Source of the DNA: an uncultured Veillonellaceae bacterium
GTDB taxonomy: Bacteria; Bacillota; Negativicutes; JARBTT01
Direction: 5' to 3'
DNA length: 64,000 nt
Assembly: GCA_963805085.1 (NCBI GenBank)
Contig: CAWDTA010000002.1
Location: 1,856,001-1,920,000 of the forward strand
The notes under the pieces are model-generated. The model had not been told where the DNA came from, ran no database searches, and was given only the letters and a program-made list of their open reading frames with translations. A program made the translations under genes and the position numbers. Shown here piece by piece: positions 9,422 through 20,196 of this stretch; position 1 is the stretch's first letter, and each line of letters opens with the position of its first letter.

Positions 9422-9447
9422 AGAGCTGTTGCTTTTGCAACAGCTCT
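9422..9447. terminator. Perfect 11-bp hairpin between repeats A and B
   Basis: agagctgttgc-tttt-gcaacagctct. Confidence 0.55.
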
Positions 9448-9480
9448 TCTGTTGTCTGGCATATAAAAGTCTCTCTTCCG

Positions 9481-9591
9481 TTCCGCTTATAAACTGCTAC
9501 GAAGATAGGCTGCCGGCTGGTGAGAAGTGCTTAGATGCAAGGCGCAGAGGGGGGCTTATCGCTACCCCGCGGTCTGTCTGTCCTCGTTTTC
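9481..9591 (+). repeat. Intergenic repeat family B, internally deleted copy
   Basis: Shares ttcc(g/a)cttataaact..tacgaagataggctgcc..ggtga.aagt.ct.agatgc.aggc and gcttatcgc..cccgcggtctgtctgtcc with 26418-26592. Confidence 0.8.
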
Positions 9592-9609
9592 AATATTTAG
9601 GAAGTGGCA

Positions 9610-9639
9610 TTGACAGGGGATTTGAAATTGAAATATAAT
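9610..9639 (+). promoter_or_regulatory. Sigma-A promoter
   Basis: TTGACA-18-TATAAT upstream of the permease. Confidence 0.7.
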
Positions 9640-9699
9640 CATTAGAGTATGATTATGCAGAAAACAGTAATGAATTATGAATGGTTAGGATGAGTTTTT

Positions 9700-10365
9700 A
9701 TGGATTTTGATTTTGCCCTCGTGACCAATTCAATGCCACTCTTATTAGAAGGTGCCTTGGTCACAATAAAGATTACCGCCATGAGTGTCGGTTTAGGTTT
9801 GGTTATTGGCCTATTTGCAGGGATTGGAAGACTTGCTTTGTTTTGGCCGATAAAGTTTTTGGCGGCAGTTTACGTTGACTTTATTCGTGGGACACCGCTA
9901 TTAGTCCAAATTTTTATTATGTATTTTGCCTTGCCGATGCTAACCGGGATGCGTATTGATCCGTTTGTTGCGGCGATTACGGCATGTAGTGTCAACAGTG
10001 GTGCGTACATTGCAGAAATTTTTCGGGCTGGGATTGAATCCATTGATCAAGGTCAAATGGAAGCAGGTCGTTCTCTGGGAATGAGTTGGTCGCAAACGAT
10101 GCGTTATATTATTGTGCCACAAGCCTTTAAACGAATTATTCCACCACTAGGGAATGAGTTTATTGCGATGCTAAAGGACTCTTCCTTGGTTTCAGTTATT
10201 GGGTTTGAAGAGCTGACTAGACGCGGACAATTAATTATTGCACGTACGTATGGATCTCTGGAGATTTGGCTGAGTGTAGCGTTTATTTATTTGTTAATGA
10301 CGCTAACGATTTCCCGCTTTGTAGCTTATTTAGAGCGGAGGTATAAAATAGATGATAGACATTAA
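9700..10365 (+). CDS. Polar amino-acid ABC transporter permease
   Basis: [18 protein letters not shown] and [11 protein letters not shown] (EAA loop). Confidence 0.93.
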   Translation: MDFDFALVTNSMPLLLEGALVTIKITAMSVGLGLVIGLFAGIGRLALFWPIKFLAAVYVDFIRGTPLLVQIFIMYFALPMLTGMRIDPFVAAITACSVNSGAYIAEIFRAGIESIDQGQMEAGRSLGMSWSQTMRYIIVPQAFKRIIPPLGNEFIAMLKDSSLVSVIGFEELTRRGQLIIARTYGSLEIWLSVAFIYLLMTLTISRFVAYLERRYKIDDRH

Positions 10366-11071
10366 AAATTTGTATAAAGCTTTTGGGAAGACTGAGGTTT
10401 TAAGGGGAATTGATGTAAGCATTGCCGAAAAAGAAGTCGTTGTAATCATCGGGCCGAGTGGTTCAGGTAAATCCACGTTACTTCGTTGCATCAATTATCT
10501 TGAAGAACCTACGGCTGGTGAAATTATTGTTGATGGAATCCCCCTGACTGGCGAAGCTAACATCAATAAAGTACGTGAAGAAGTCGGAATGGTGTTCCAA
10601 CGTTTTAACCTATTTGGCCATATGACAGTGCTTGAAAATATCGTCCTTGCACCAATGAAAGTGCGTAAATTAAGTAGAGCAGATGCGGTAGCAACTGCAA
10701 ATGAGCTATTGCAAAAAGTTGGTCTGGAAGGTAAAGCAGAGGCTTATCCTTCACAATTATCTGGGGGGCAGCAACAGCGTGTGGCAATTGCCAGAGCACT
10801 TGCAATGAAACCAAAGATTATGTTATTTGATGAACCAACGTCAGCACTTGATCCAGAGATGGTCAATGAAGTGCTAGAAGTGATGAATACTCTTGCCAAA
10901 GAAGGTATGACGATGGTGGTTGTTACCCACGAAATGGGGTTTGCTCGTGAAGTTGGTGATCGGGTATTGTTTGTGGATGAAGGGAAAATAGTGGAACAAG
11001 GCCCACCAAAAGCGATTTTTGAAGAAGCAAAAGAAGAACGTTTGCAATCGTTTTTATCAAAAATATTATAA
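10352..11071 (+). CDS. Polar amino-acid ABC transporter ATPase (GlnQ-like)
   Basis: [29 protein letters not shown]. Confidence 0.93.
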   Translation: MIDIKNLYKAFGKTEVLRGIDVSIAEKEVVVIIGPSGSGKSTLLRCINYLEEPTAGEIIVDGIPLTGEANINKVREEVGMVFQRFNLFGHMTVLENIVLAPMKVRKLSRADAVATANELLQKVGLEGKAEAYPSQLSGGQQQRVAIARALAMKPKIMLFDEPTSALDPEMVNEVLEVMNTLAKEGMTMVVVTHEMGFAREVGDRVLFVDEGKIVEQGPPKAIFEEAKEERLQSFLSKIL

Positions 11072-11171
11072 ATTGGGTATTGCCCCAATTGTTACTGTTT
11101 ATGACAATAAACAACAATAATTTTGCTATAAGATATTTTTATTAAATTATCTTTAAATATGGGTTTTTGTG

Positions 11172-11200
11172 TTGACAAATATAACCAACAACTATATAAT
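11172..11200 (+). promoter_or_regulatory. Consensus sigma-A promoter of the cold-shock gene
   Basis: TTGACA-17-TATAAT. Confidence 0.8.
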
Positions 11201-11255
11201 AGTAAACGTGGTCATCAGAGTGATGTACCAGTTTATTTCTAGGAGGAGTTTCACA

Positions 11256-11456
11256 ATGATTGGTAAAGTTAAATGGTTTAGCGCAGAAAAAGGTTACGGA
11301 TTTATTGAAAGAGAAGATGGCGGCGATGTTTTCGTGCATTTTTCGGCTATTGAAGATGAAGGCTTTAAAACTTTAGCTGAAGGTCAAGGCGTTGAGTTTG
11401 AAATCGTTGAAGGTGCTCGTGGCCCTCAAGCTTCTAACGTTAAGAAAACAGCTTAA
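11256..11456 (+). CDS. Cold-shock protein (CspA family)
   Basis: GKVKWF..EKGYGFI (RNP1) and DVFVHFSAI (RNP2); AGGAGG RBS before ATG 11256. Confidence 0.95.
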   Translation: MIGKVKWFSAEKGYGFIEREDGGDVFVHFSAIEDEGFKTLAEGQGVEFEIVEGARGPQASNVKKTA

Positions 11457-11472
11457 TAATAAAGACGTTACT

Positions 11473-11501
11473 ACCCGACTTAGAATCTAAGTCGGGTTTT
11501 T
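11473..11501 (+). terminator. Intrinsic terminator
   Basis: acccgacttaga-a-tctaagtcgggt followed by a T-run. Confidence 0.8.
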
Positions 11502-11510
11502 ATGTTTTTT

Positions 11511-11606
11511 AGAGACTGTTACAAAATACCCTTCTGCGTTGCTCACCCTGCGAGCCCTCGTTCACGTTCTCGCCCTGCCTAGGATCTGGGCATCTTGTAA
11601 GAGTCT
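11511..11606 (-). repeat. Repeat family B-related element, internally deleted, opposite orientation
   Basis: Near-identical ends to 21125-21246 (gaga.tgttacaaaatacc..tctgcgttgctca ... tgcctag.atctgggcatcttgtaa). Confidence 0.8.
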
Positions 11607-11693
11607 TCTGGATGTGTTAAAATACACTCTTTTAGCGATTTTTCGACAATTTCATATTTAATTTGTAAAGTTTCTGAAAATTTGTTCTTTCTG

Positions 11694-11722
11694 GTAGGAG
11701 TTTTTACTCGAATGGAGAATAT
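11694..11722 (+). promoter_or_regulatory. Sigma-H-type promoter of hpf
   Basis: AGGA(11696)-N17-GAAT(11717) matches the Bacillus SigH consensus; hpf/yvyD is SigH-controlled in B. subtilis. Confidence 0.55.
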
Positions 11723-11760
11723 AGATAATCATAGGATACAAGAAAGGGGATGGATGCATA

Positions 11761-12297
11761 ATGGCAACATTCACTATTAGAGGAAAGAACATTGAAATAA
11801 CTCCAGCTTTAAAAGAATACGTGGAGAAACGAGTAGGTAAGGTGACGAAATATTTTGATGCCGTTGGCGAAATTACTGCACTTCTTACAGTTTGCAAAGG
11901 GCGTCATAGTGTAGAGGTTACATTACATGTTAATGGCATGTTACTTCGTGGCGAAGAGTCTACAATGGACATGTATACTTCCATCGATCTTGTAGTTGAA
12001 AAATTAGAAAAACAAATAGAAAAACATAAAACTAAAATAGCGAAAAGAATTCGTGTCGGTAGCTTTAAAATGGATGTCGCACCAGCTCCAGCAGCGGGTG
12101 TTGATGACTTAGAAGAATATCCAGTTGTTAAAACAAAAAGATTTGCGGTAAAACCTATGGATATTCAAGAAGCAATTATGCAAATGAATATGATCAATCA
12201 TGATTTCTTTGTATTTAGAGATGCCGACACAGAAGAGGTCAATGTGGTGTATCGTCGTAAAGATAATCGCTACGGCTTAATTGAACCAGGCGTATAA
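11761..12297 (+). CDS. hpf: Ribosome hibernation promoting factor (long HPF / RaiA)
   Basis: IRGKNIEITPALKEYVEKR, DMYTSIDLVVEKLEKQ and C-terminal KPMD..EAIMQMNM..HDFFVF. Confidence 0.95.
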   Translation: MATFTIRGKNIEITPALKEYVEKRVGKVTKYFDAVGEITALLTVCKGRHSVEVTLHVNGMLLRGEESTMDMYTSIDLVVEKLEKQIEKHKTKIAKRIRVGSFKMDVAPAPAAGVDDLEEYPVVKTKRFAVKPMDIQEAIMQMNMINHDFFVFRDADTEEVNVVYRRKDNRYGLIEPGV

Positions 12298-12318
12298 GCA
12301 TAGGATAAAATAAAAATG

Positions 12319-12356
12319 AAAAAACTCCACGATTTTGTGGAGTTTTTTTATTTTTA
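12319..12356 (+). terminator. Intrinsic terminator
   Basis: aaaaactccac-gattt-tgtggagtttttt. Confidence 0.75.
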
Positions 12357-12541
12357 AAGTTTATTGCTACTAGGTTAGATAATTTTTTTGAATCAGTATA
12401 TAATAAATAGAAAATAAAAATTTAGTAAATAGTTGATTTATTTTCTGAGAGCTTTTGACTTATTGATGATAGTTTGATAGAATTCTAAGATAGCCTAATA
12501 ATGCACGTAAATATATGTGCCAACTCAAGGAGTGATACTGT

Positions 12542-15073
12542 TTGTTCGGTTTTATAAAGAAATTCTTTGGTGATGATAATGAACAAGAAATAAAACGTAT
12601 GCGTGAAATTGTTGAAACGATTAATGGTTTAGAGCCTGACCTACAAGGTCTTAGTGATGCATCATTATGCGGTAAAACAACGCAATTTAAGCGCAGACTA
12701 GAAGAAGGCGAAACACTAGATGATATTTTGCCAGAGGCATTTGCGGTAGTTCGTGAAGCATCTCGTCGTGTACTTGGCATGCGCCATTTTGATGTGCAAA
12801 TGCTTGGTGGTATTTGTTTACATGAAGGTAAAATCGCGGAGATGCGTACTGGTGAAGGTAAAACTTTGGTTGGTACCTTACCTACATATTTAAATGCTTT
12901 AACTGGTAAAGGCGTACATGTCATTACGGTAAATGATTACCTAGCAAAACGTGACAGTGAGTGGATGGGGAAATTATATCGTTTCCTAGGCTTCTCTGTT
13001 GGTCTAATCGCCCATGGTTTAGATTTCCCAGATCGTAAACAAGCGTATGCTTGTGATATTACGTTCGGGACGAATAATGAATATGGTTTTGACTACTTAC
13101 GTGATAACATGGTGATCTATCAAGACCAAATGGTACAGCGTGAACTTAACTATGCGATTGTCGATGAAGTGGATAGTATCTTAGTCGATGAAGCAAGAAC
13201 ACCGCTCATAATTTCTGGCCCTGGTGATAAATCTACTGACATGTATAAAACCATGGCAGATGCAGTAAAAGTATTGGCAGAAGAAGTCGATTATACTGTC
13301 GATGAAAAAGCAAAAGCGGTTCTTCCAAAGGAAGAAGCGGTTGCTAAAATAGAAAAAGCTTTAAATGTAGTCAATTTATATGATAGTGAAAACATTGAAA
13401 TGTCACATTGCTTTACACAAGCATTACGGGCAAAAGCGTTGATGAAACGTGACCGCGACTATGTTGTACGTGATGGTGAGGTAGTAATCGTTGATGAATT
13501 TACAGGCCGGTTGATGTTTGGTCGTCGGTATTCTGATGGGCTTCATCAAGCCATTGAAGCAAAAGAAGGCGTGAAAATTGAACGTGAAAGTCAGACGTTA
13601 GCGTCGATTACGTTCCAAAATTACTTTAGAATGTACAAAAAATTAAGTGGTATGACTGGTACGGCGAAAACAGAGGAAGATGAATTTGTCAAAATCTACG
13701 GACTTCCTGTTATCGTTATCCCAACCAACCAAGACATTGCCCGGATCGATTATCCAGATGTTATTTATAAAACGAAGAGAGCAAAATACAAAGCAGTTGT
13801 GGATGCGATTATCGAAGCGCATCGCAAAGGTCAACCAGTTTTGGTTGGTACGACTTCCATTGCCCAGTCTGAAGAACTTAGTAAAGTACTGAAAAAGGGT
13901 GGAGTAGCGCATAACGTACTCAATGCGAAATATCATGAGATGGAAGCGCAAATTATTTCTGGAGCAGGTCAGCTAGGCGCGGTTACGATTGCAACCAATA
14001 TGGCTGGTCGTGGTACTGATATCGTACTTGGTGAAGGTGTGACTGAAATCGGTGGCCTACATATCATCGGTACAGAACGTCATGAAAGTCGTCGTATTGA
14101 TAATCAATTACGTGGTCGTGCTGGTCGTCAAGGTGATCCAGGTTCGTCCCGCTTTTATCTATCCTTAGAAGATGAATTGATGCGCTTATTTGGTTCTGAT
14201 AACATCGCAACCGTTATGGAAAAATTAGGGATGGAAGAAGACGAACCAATTGAACATAAATTAATTTCCCGTTCAATTGAGCAAGCACAAAAGAAAGTGG
14301 AAGGTCGTAACTTTGACATTCGTAAGCATGTGCTTGAATATGATGATGTGATGAACCAACAACGTGAAGTTATTTACGGACAACGTCGTCAAATTTTGAT
14401 GGGTGATAACTTGCGTGAAAATATCATGAATATGATTTATAAAATTATTGATCAAGATATGGATGCGTATGCCAATGAAAAGCTATATCCAGAAGAATGG
14501 GAAATAGACAGATTAATTACAGCATGCAATGAAATTTTTGCGCCAGAAGGTAGATTGGTGAAAGAGCAGCTTGAAGCTTTGAGTCGCGATGAACTAAAAG
14601 AAGAGCTTCGTAAGGTAGCCGAAGAAGCATATAAAGCCCGCGAAACCATCTTTGGTGAAGAGAGCATGCGTGAACTTGAAAAAGTGGTTATGCTGAAAGT
14701 CGTAGATGGAAAATGGATGGAGCATTTAGATCATATGGATTTGCTGCGTGAAGGTATTAATCTACGTGCCTATGGTCAACGTAACCCACTGATTGAATAT
14801 AAAGTGGAAGCTTATGATATGTTCCAAGCAATGATTGAAGTGATCCAAGAAGATATTGCAAAATTAATGTTTAGAGTGAATATTATTACGCAAGAACAAA
14901 AGCCAGAAGATCATCTAGTAAATGCGAAAGAAACTCGTGGCGAAGTGGAAGAAGATACAGATGAAGAAGTAAAACAACAGCCACATGTCAATCATGAAAC
15001 AACAGGCCGCAATGATTTATGTCCATGTGGATCAGGGAAAAAATATAAAAAATGTTGCGGACAAGAAAAATAA
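12542..15073 (+). CDS. secA: Preprotein translocase ATPase SecA
   Basis: [43 protein letters not shown] and C-terminal [19 protein letters not shown]. Confidence 0.98.
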   Translation: MFGFIKKFFGDDNEQEIKRMREIVETINGLEPDLQGLSDASLCGKTTQFKRRLEEGETLDDILPEAFAVVREASRRVLGMRHFDVQMLGGICLHEGKIAEMRTGEGKTLVGTLPTYLNALTGKGVHVITVNDYLAKRDSEWMGKLYRFLGFSVGLIAHGLDFPDRKQAYACDITFGTNNEYGFDYLRDNMVIYQDQMVQRELNYAIVDEVDSILVDEARTPLIISGPGDKSTDMYKTMADAVKVLAEEVDYTVDEKAKAVLPKEEAVAKIEKALNVVNLYDSENIEMSHCFTQALRAKALMKRDRDYVVRDGEVVIVDEFTGRLMFGRRYSDGLHQAIEAKEGVKIERESQTLASITFQNYFRMYKKLSGMTGTAKTEEDEFVKIYGLPVIVIPTNQDIARIDYPDVIYKTKRAKYKAVVDAIIEAHRKGQPVLVGTTSIAQSEELSKVLKKGGVAHNVLNAKYHEMEAQIISGAGQLGAVTIATNMAGRGTDIVLGEGVTEIGGLHIIGTERHESRRIDNQLRGRAGRQGDPGSSRFYLSLEDELMRLFGSDNIATVMEKLGMEEDEPIEHKLISRSIEQAQKKVEGRNFDIRKHVLEYDDVMNQQREVIYGQRRQILMGDNLRENIMNMIYKIIDQDMDAYANEKLYPEEWEIDRLITACNEIFAPEGRLVKEQLEALSRDELKEELRKVAEEAYKARETIFGEESMRELEKVVMLKVVDGKWMEHLDHMDLLREGINLRAYGQRNPLIEYKVEAYDMFQAMIEVIQEDIAKLMFRVNIITQEQKPEDHLVNAKETRGEVEEDTDEEVKQQPHVNHETTGRNDLCPCGSGKKYKKCCGQEK

Positions 15074-15107
15074 TTTGGTTTTATAAGAGCCTTAGGAGTT
15101 GAAAACA

Positions 15108-16209
15108 ATGCTTTTGGAAGATTTAAGAGTACCGATTGTCGAGATCAAAAAGAAGCTTGATGAAATGGGGACTTCACTTTGACATTGCTGGTAAAGAAGC
15201 AAAAATAGCCGAACTTGAGTATAAGATGGGGGAACCTAGTTTCTGGGATAATCCAGATAAAGCGCAACTTACGATGCAAGAGCTAACGGCAGTCAAAGAT
15301 AGTGTAGTAAAATATAATTCCCTGAATGCGCAATATGAAGATATGTCAATCCTTTGGGAAATGGGAACAGAAGATAAAGATGAGAGTGTTTATGACGATG
15401 TCAATGAAGCGATCACCTCTATTAAGAAGCAAATTGAGGAACTCGAACTTGAACTTATGTTATCTGGTGAATATGATGGGAGCAATGCAATTTTAACCTT
15501 GCATGCGGGTGCTGGCGGAACAGAAGCCCAAGATTGGACACAGATGTTACTTCGTATGTATGTACGCTGGGCGGAACGAAGAAATTTGAAAGTAGAAACG
15601 ATGGACTTATTACCAGGCGATGAAGCTGGGGTGAAAAGTGCTACGATCATGGTCTCTGGTCGTAATGCCTATGGGTATTTAAAAGCAGAAAAAGGCGTAC
15701 ATCGTCTTGTGCGTATTTCTCCTTTTGATGCGAATGCGCGTCGTCATACGTCATTCTCGGCTTGTGATGTGATGCCGGAAATTGATGATACTGTAGAGAT
15801 TGATATCAATCCAGTAGATTTACGTGTTGATACGTATCGTGCGAGTGGTGCGGGCGGTCAGCATATCAATAAAACTGATTCTGCGGTTCGTATGACGCAT
15901 TTACCAACGGGGATTGTTGCGCAGTGCCAGAATCAACGTTCACAGATTCAAAACCGTGAACAATGTATGAAATTGCTAAGGGCGAAATTATTTGAGTTAG
16001 AACAAAAAAAACAAGCAGAAGCCAAAGCGGAAATCGCTGGGGACTATCAAGCAATTGAATGGGGCAGCCAAATTCGTTCGTATGTATTTCATCCATATAA
16101 TATGGTGAAAGATCATCGGACAAATGCTGAAACAGGAAACACACAAGCCGTTATGGATGGTGAAATTGATCAGTTTATTGAAGCGTATTTAAAATCAAAA
16201 GCGAATTAA
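15108..16209 (+). CDS. prfB: Peptide chain release factor 2 with programmed +1 frameshift
   Basis: ATG 15108 (MLLEDLRVPIVEIKKKLDEMGTSL) runs into CTT-TGA-C at 15177-15183, with a G-rich SD-like sequence just upstream. The +1 frame carries the SPF and GGQ motifs. Confidence 0.97.
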
Positions 16210-16223
16210 ATGATGGCGACAAC

Positions 16224-16258
16224 AAAGGGGTACGGAATGTTTTTTCCGTCTCCCTTTC
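16224..16258 (+). terminator. Terminator hairpin after prfB
   Basis: aaaggg.tacggaa / ttccgtctcccttt. Confidence 0.6.
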
Positions 16259-16303
16259 TGCTCGTAAATGACGATTCACATAAAATGTTTTGGAGGCGAA
16301 AAT

Positions 16304-16993
16304 ATGGCAAGACGACTGATGATCATGGGTGGTATCCTCATACTATTGCTTGCTTTTAGCCAAATATTATTACCGCTAGCTATTTCTGAAGTAATAGGAG
16401 TAGCGATGACGAAGCTGACCAGTGCTGATAAAGTGGAAGCAAGAGCCGATAAATCACCGGCGATTATGATGCTAGCTGGTAATTTTGATACCATAAGTGT
16501 AAAAGCTTTTGGTGCCAAAACAGATAAAGTAGTTTTCGATGAATTTGATATCAATTTAAGCAATATTGATGTTGATATGGGAAGTTTAATCCAAAATCGT
16601 ACGCTTACCATGAAATCAGTGGAGGATGTTACTGTAAAAGCAGTGATTTCGGAAGCTGAACTTGCTCGAACCATTAATCAGACAGTCAAGGGAACAAAAA
16701 ATGCTGAGGTTAGTATCACACCAGAAAAGGTAACGGCAACGAGTATGCTTTCTATGGGAGGGCTGGTCAATGCAAAGGTCATTCTTGAAGGAAAATTTGT
16801 TTCCACCGATAATGCCATTATCTTTCATACCGAGCACTTTCAGGTCAATAATAGTATAATGGGGAAATTTGGCGGAGCATTACTTACGGATATTACATTG
16901 GTAGACTTAAAGAAGTTACCGTTTGACGTAACTGTAAAAAATATTACGTTAGAACAAGGCAGAGCTGTTGTTTATGCCGAGTCACATCGTTAG
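16304..16993 (+). CDS. DUF2993/LmeA-like membrane-anchored protein
   Basis: N-terminal TM segment, P..MLAG.FD.I.V motif, beta-rich body; GGAGG RBS. Confidence 0.65.
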   Translation: MARRLMIMGGILILLLAFSQILLPLAISEVIGVAMTKLTSADKVEARADKSPAIMMLAGNFDTISVKAFGAKTDKVVFDEFDINLSNIDVDMGSLIQNRTLTMKSVEDVTVKAVISEAELARTINQTVKGTKNAEVSITPEKVTATSMLSMGGLVNAKVILEGKFVSTDNAIIFHTEHFQVNNSIMGKFGGALLTDITLVDLKKLPFDVTVKNITLEQGRAVVYAESHR

Positions 16994-17045
16994 ATGCATA
17001 CAGCTAATTAAAACAAAAATTAATTTTGGTTATAAGGTGGAGAAG

Positions 17046-19097
17046 ATGTTGAAGAAATTCAAATATAATCAATGGCTGATTGGCTTTATCGTGATTGGGT
17101 TAATAGCTGCCTTGTCAGTGGGTTTTTACCGACACAAGATAGAAGAAAGCAATACAACGGTAGAAATGGCTATTGACTATGAAGGTTTAGTAGAACTAGC
17201 GCAGATTGAAGGTTTATCAGTGAATGAAGTCTTCAAAAATGCAAAACAATCAGGTATTACGTCACTCGCCGTGTATGAAACTACGTTGAAAAAATTAACG
17301 GAAAATGGCAAAGTGACAACGACCGCTGGTGCTGACTTGATCAAAAATTATAATAATGGTACGTTAAGTGATCCTGCTTGGCGTGCGCTAGTAAGCAATG
17401 GTAGTGTAAATGCGGATAGTATTTATTTGACTAGTATTCAACCACAAATTTTTGCCGAAGTAAAAGCAGATTTAATCAGACGACTTGGAGAAAATCGGGT
17501 ACAGTCAATCAAAGTTGGTAGTGTCGAAGTTGTTGCGGTAAAGGCTAATTATGAAAAAGCAATGAAATGGAATTTGGGCATGCCAACCGATGAAATGAAA
17601 ATAGTGAACGACGCTGGCTTTTATGTTGTTGCCCGTCCGAGTAATTATGCAAAAGTAACAGAAGATGACATTCAATCTGTTTTCGATCGTTTAGATGGCT
17701 TCAAAATCTCTGATGTTATATTTTCTGGTGAAGAGATTCTTGGGGCGCCTAAAAATGTCAAAGATACAGCTCCACTATTTAAAAGTAGAGAGTATACCTT
17801 AGGGATGATTGAGCATCCCTTGCAATTGCAGTTTTTTAAACAAGAAGGTTTAATGGAACTAGCAGAAGACCTTGAGTATAAGGCGGCGCGAGTGTATTCT
17901 ATTCCTAAAGATGAACAACCAAAATTGAAAATTGCTGAAGCCGTGGAGCGTTGGGCAACAACGGATGAAGAACGGAATATTAGAATTAATTTACTTCGCA
18001 CGTATGAAAAACCGGAAGGTACGATGAGCTTATTCGAAACGAATATGAAGTACTTTGCTGATACCACGAAAGAGTTGAAAAACAAAGGTTTTTCGATAGG
18101 CAAAGCAGGGACCTATGAGAATTATTATCCAAGCAAATTTCTTCTTATTTTGATTACCCTTGGTGCAGTGGCAGCAGGTGTATTGTATGTATCATTGGTA
18201 TATCCATTTAAAGAGCGTTATCAAGCTATATTAATGGCTGTTATTTCGGTTATTTTGTTGACACCAATTCTAATGGGGCATGGAAATACGGTACGTAGTG
18301 TGGTAGCCTTGGCGAGTGCAAATTTATTTCCAGCCCTTGCGGTAATTTGGCAGCTTGATCGTTGGCGCGAAAATGAGTTTGATGCAAAAACCCCAATGAT
18401 AAAAATAATGCTTACTGGCGTAGTACTATTATTGACCACGGGTGCCTTGGCTTTTATTGGCGGTGCCTATGTTGGATCGGTGCTTGCCGATATCCAATAT
18501 TTACTCGAAGTAAATATTTTCCGTGGGGTAAAGCTGACCTTTATTCTGCCGATTGTTTTAGTAAGCTTGGCTTTCTTAGTACGCTTTAATTTATTTGAAG
18601 GCAAAGATTATTCTGGTAATGTTTTTGAACAAATTAAGAAAATTTTAAATACGCCTATTTATATAAAATCTTTAGTTGGTTTTTGTATTGCGGCAGTAGC
18701 AATGTTGGTTTATATTGGTCGATCTGGTCATACGGCTGGTATTCCGGTATCAGGAGCTGAACTTAAATTTAGAGCATTTTTAGAGCAGGCAATGTATGCT
18801 AGGCCCCGTTCGAAAGAATTGTTAATTGGTCATCCAGCGTTTATGTTAGCGGTGTTGGCAGTCTATAAAAAATGGCCAAGAATCTTATTTTTCATTTTAG
18901 TCCTTGTGGCGACAATTGGACAAGGTTCGCTGGTAGAAACGTTTTGTCATTTACGGACACCAATCTTTATGACCTTCATACGTGGTGTGAGTGGTTTGGT
19001 ATTGGGCGCAGGTGTAGGAGCATTTGCAATGCTTGCAGCGCATTTCTTATACAATCTATCTTCCTATATAGGGAGGGATACAACGAAACATGAGTAG
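17046..19097 (+). CDS. DUF5693-family membrane protein
   Basis: R.KIEE..TVEMAIDY, ERNIRI, FRGVKL, RPRSKELLIGHP and TFCHLRTP motifs; overlaps csaB. Confidence 0.85.
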   Translation: MLKKFKYNQWLIGFIVIGLIAALSVGFYRHKIEESNTTVEMAIDYEGLVELAQIEGLSVNEVFKNAKQSGITSLAVYETTLKKLTENGKVTTTAGADLIKNYNNGTLSDPAWRALVSNGSVNADSIYLTSIQPQIFAEVKADLIRRLGENRVQSIKVGSVEVVAVKANYEKAMKWNLGMPTDEMKIVNDAGFYVVARPSNYAKVTEDDIQSVFDRLDGFKISDVIFSGEEILGAPKNVKDTAPLFKSREYTLGMIEHPLQLQFFKQEGLMELAEDLEYKAARVYSIPKDEQPKLKIAEAVERWATTDEERNIRINLLRTYEKPEGTMSLFETNMKYFADTTKELKNKGFSIGKAGTYENYYPSKFLLILITLGAVAAGVLYVSLVYPFKERYQAILMAVISVILLTPILMGHGNTVRSVVALASANLFPALAVIWQLDRWRENEFDAKTPMIKIMLTGVVLLLTTGALAFIGGAYVGSVLADIQYLLEVNIFRGVKLTFILPIVLVSLAFLVRFNLFEGKDYSGNVFEQIKKILNTPIYIKSLVGFCIAAVAMLVYIGRSGHTAGIPVSGAELKFRAFLEQAMYARPRSKELLIGHPAFMLAVLAVYKKWPRILFFILVLVATIGQGSLVETFCHLRTPIFMTFIRGVSGLVLGAGVGAFAMLAAHFLYNLSSYIGRDTTKHE

Positions 19098-20196
19098 TAT
19101 TGTAGTTTCTGGCTATTATGGCTTTAAAAATGCTGGTGATGAAGCTATGTTAGCCGCTATGATAGAAGTATTGTCGGATTTAGATCCTACTGTAAATATT
19201 ACGGTTATTTCTGCAAATCCTGAAGATACTAAACATAGACATGGTGTAAAAGCAGTGTATTGGCTGAATTATATTCAAATAGCCAAAGAATTAAAAAATA
19301 GTGATTTATTAATTAGTGGCGGCGGTAGTTTACTTCAGGATGTAACGAGCGGTAGAAGCTTGTATTATTATATGAGTATCTTGTTTTTAGCGAAAACGCT
19401 TGGTACGCCAGTAATGCTCTACGCACAGGGGATTGGTCCAATCTGCGGCGAATTTGCCCGTAAAGCGATGCATTACATAGGTAATATGGTCGACTTGATT
19501 ACGGTTCGAGATTCTGGTTCTTTACAGGAACTGAAAGAATTAGCTATTGATAAGCCAGCAATTCATGTTACGGCAGATCCGGTACTGGCAATTCATCCAG
19601 TAGATAAGCAAATTGGTAGAGCCATTCTAAGGCGGCATGATCTCGAAGGTGCTAAAAATCTGGTGGGAATATCGGTACGTGAATGGCGTGAATGGAAACA
19701 TTATAAAAATATATTGGCTAAAATCACGGATAAAATCGTCAATGAACTAGATGCAAGAGTGGTTTTTCTCCCAATGCAATTTCCCGAGGATGTTGAGACT
19801 GCAATGAAAATTGTGAGTTGTACGGAGCATTCGGCAGTGGTACTAGATGATGAATATACAACCAGTGAGCTATTATCTATCGTAGGTAATTTGGATTTAT
19901 TAATTGGTGTTCGTTTACATGCTCTTATTTTTGCTGGTGTCATGGGCGTGCCAATGATCGGAATGTCATATGATCCTAAAATTGATCGGTTTTTAACATC
20001 TATTGGACAAGATGTTGTAGGAGATTTAGAAAACATTACAGTGGATAAAATGATGGCAAGTATTCAGGAAAAATGGCAAGCGAAAAAAGAGCTTAACGAA
20101 AGTAATGTGCGATTACTGGCAGGTCTTCGGAATGATGCTTTTAGCAATGCCGAACTCGCAATTGATTTAATCGCAAGTCGTAAATCTATGAGGTGA
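19090..20196 (+). CDS. csaB: Polysaccharide pyruvyl transferase CsaB
   Basis: SGYYGFKNAGDEA, GGGSLLQDVTS, AQGIGP, ITVRD, RLHALI, YDPK. Confidence 0.93.
   Translation: MSSIVVSGYYGFKNAGDEAMLAAMIEVLSDLDPTVNITVISANPEDTKHRHGVKAVYWLNYIQIAKELKNSDLLISGGGSLLQDVTSGRSLYYYMSILFLAKTLGTPVMLYAQGIGPICGEFARKAMHYIGNMVDLITVRDSGSLQELKELAIDKPAIHVTADPVLAIHPVDKQIGRAILRRHDLEGAKNLVGISVREWREWKHYKNILAKITDKIVNELDARVVFLPMQFPEDVETAMKIVSCTEHSAVVLDDEYTTSELLSIVGNLDLLIGVRLHALIFAGVMGVPMIGMSYDPKIDRFLTSIGQDVVGDLENITVDKMMASIQEKWQAKKELNESNVRLLAGLRNDAFSNAELAIDLIASRKSMR

Noticed and set aside
9197-9638. ORFs 9197-9394 (-) and 9429-9638 (+)
   Set aside because: They lie within repeats A and B; no RBS or recognisable domain
9645-9682. 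Possible ARG box (agtatgattatgca) after the permease promoter
   Set aside because: Two mismatches in AT-rich DNA and no clear tandem partner
15136-15180. ORF-track N-terminus MSRSKRSLMKWGLHF of RF2
   Set aside because: Artefact of the programmed frameshift; the true start is 15108
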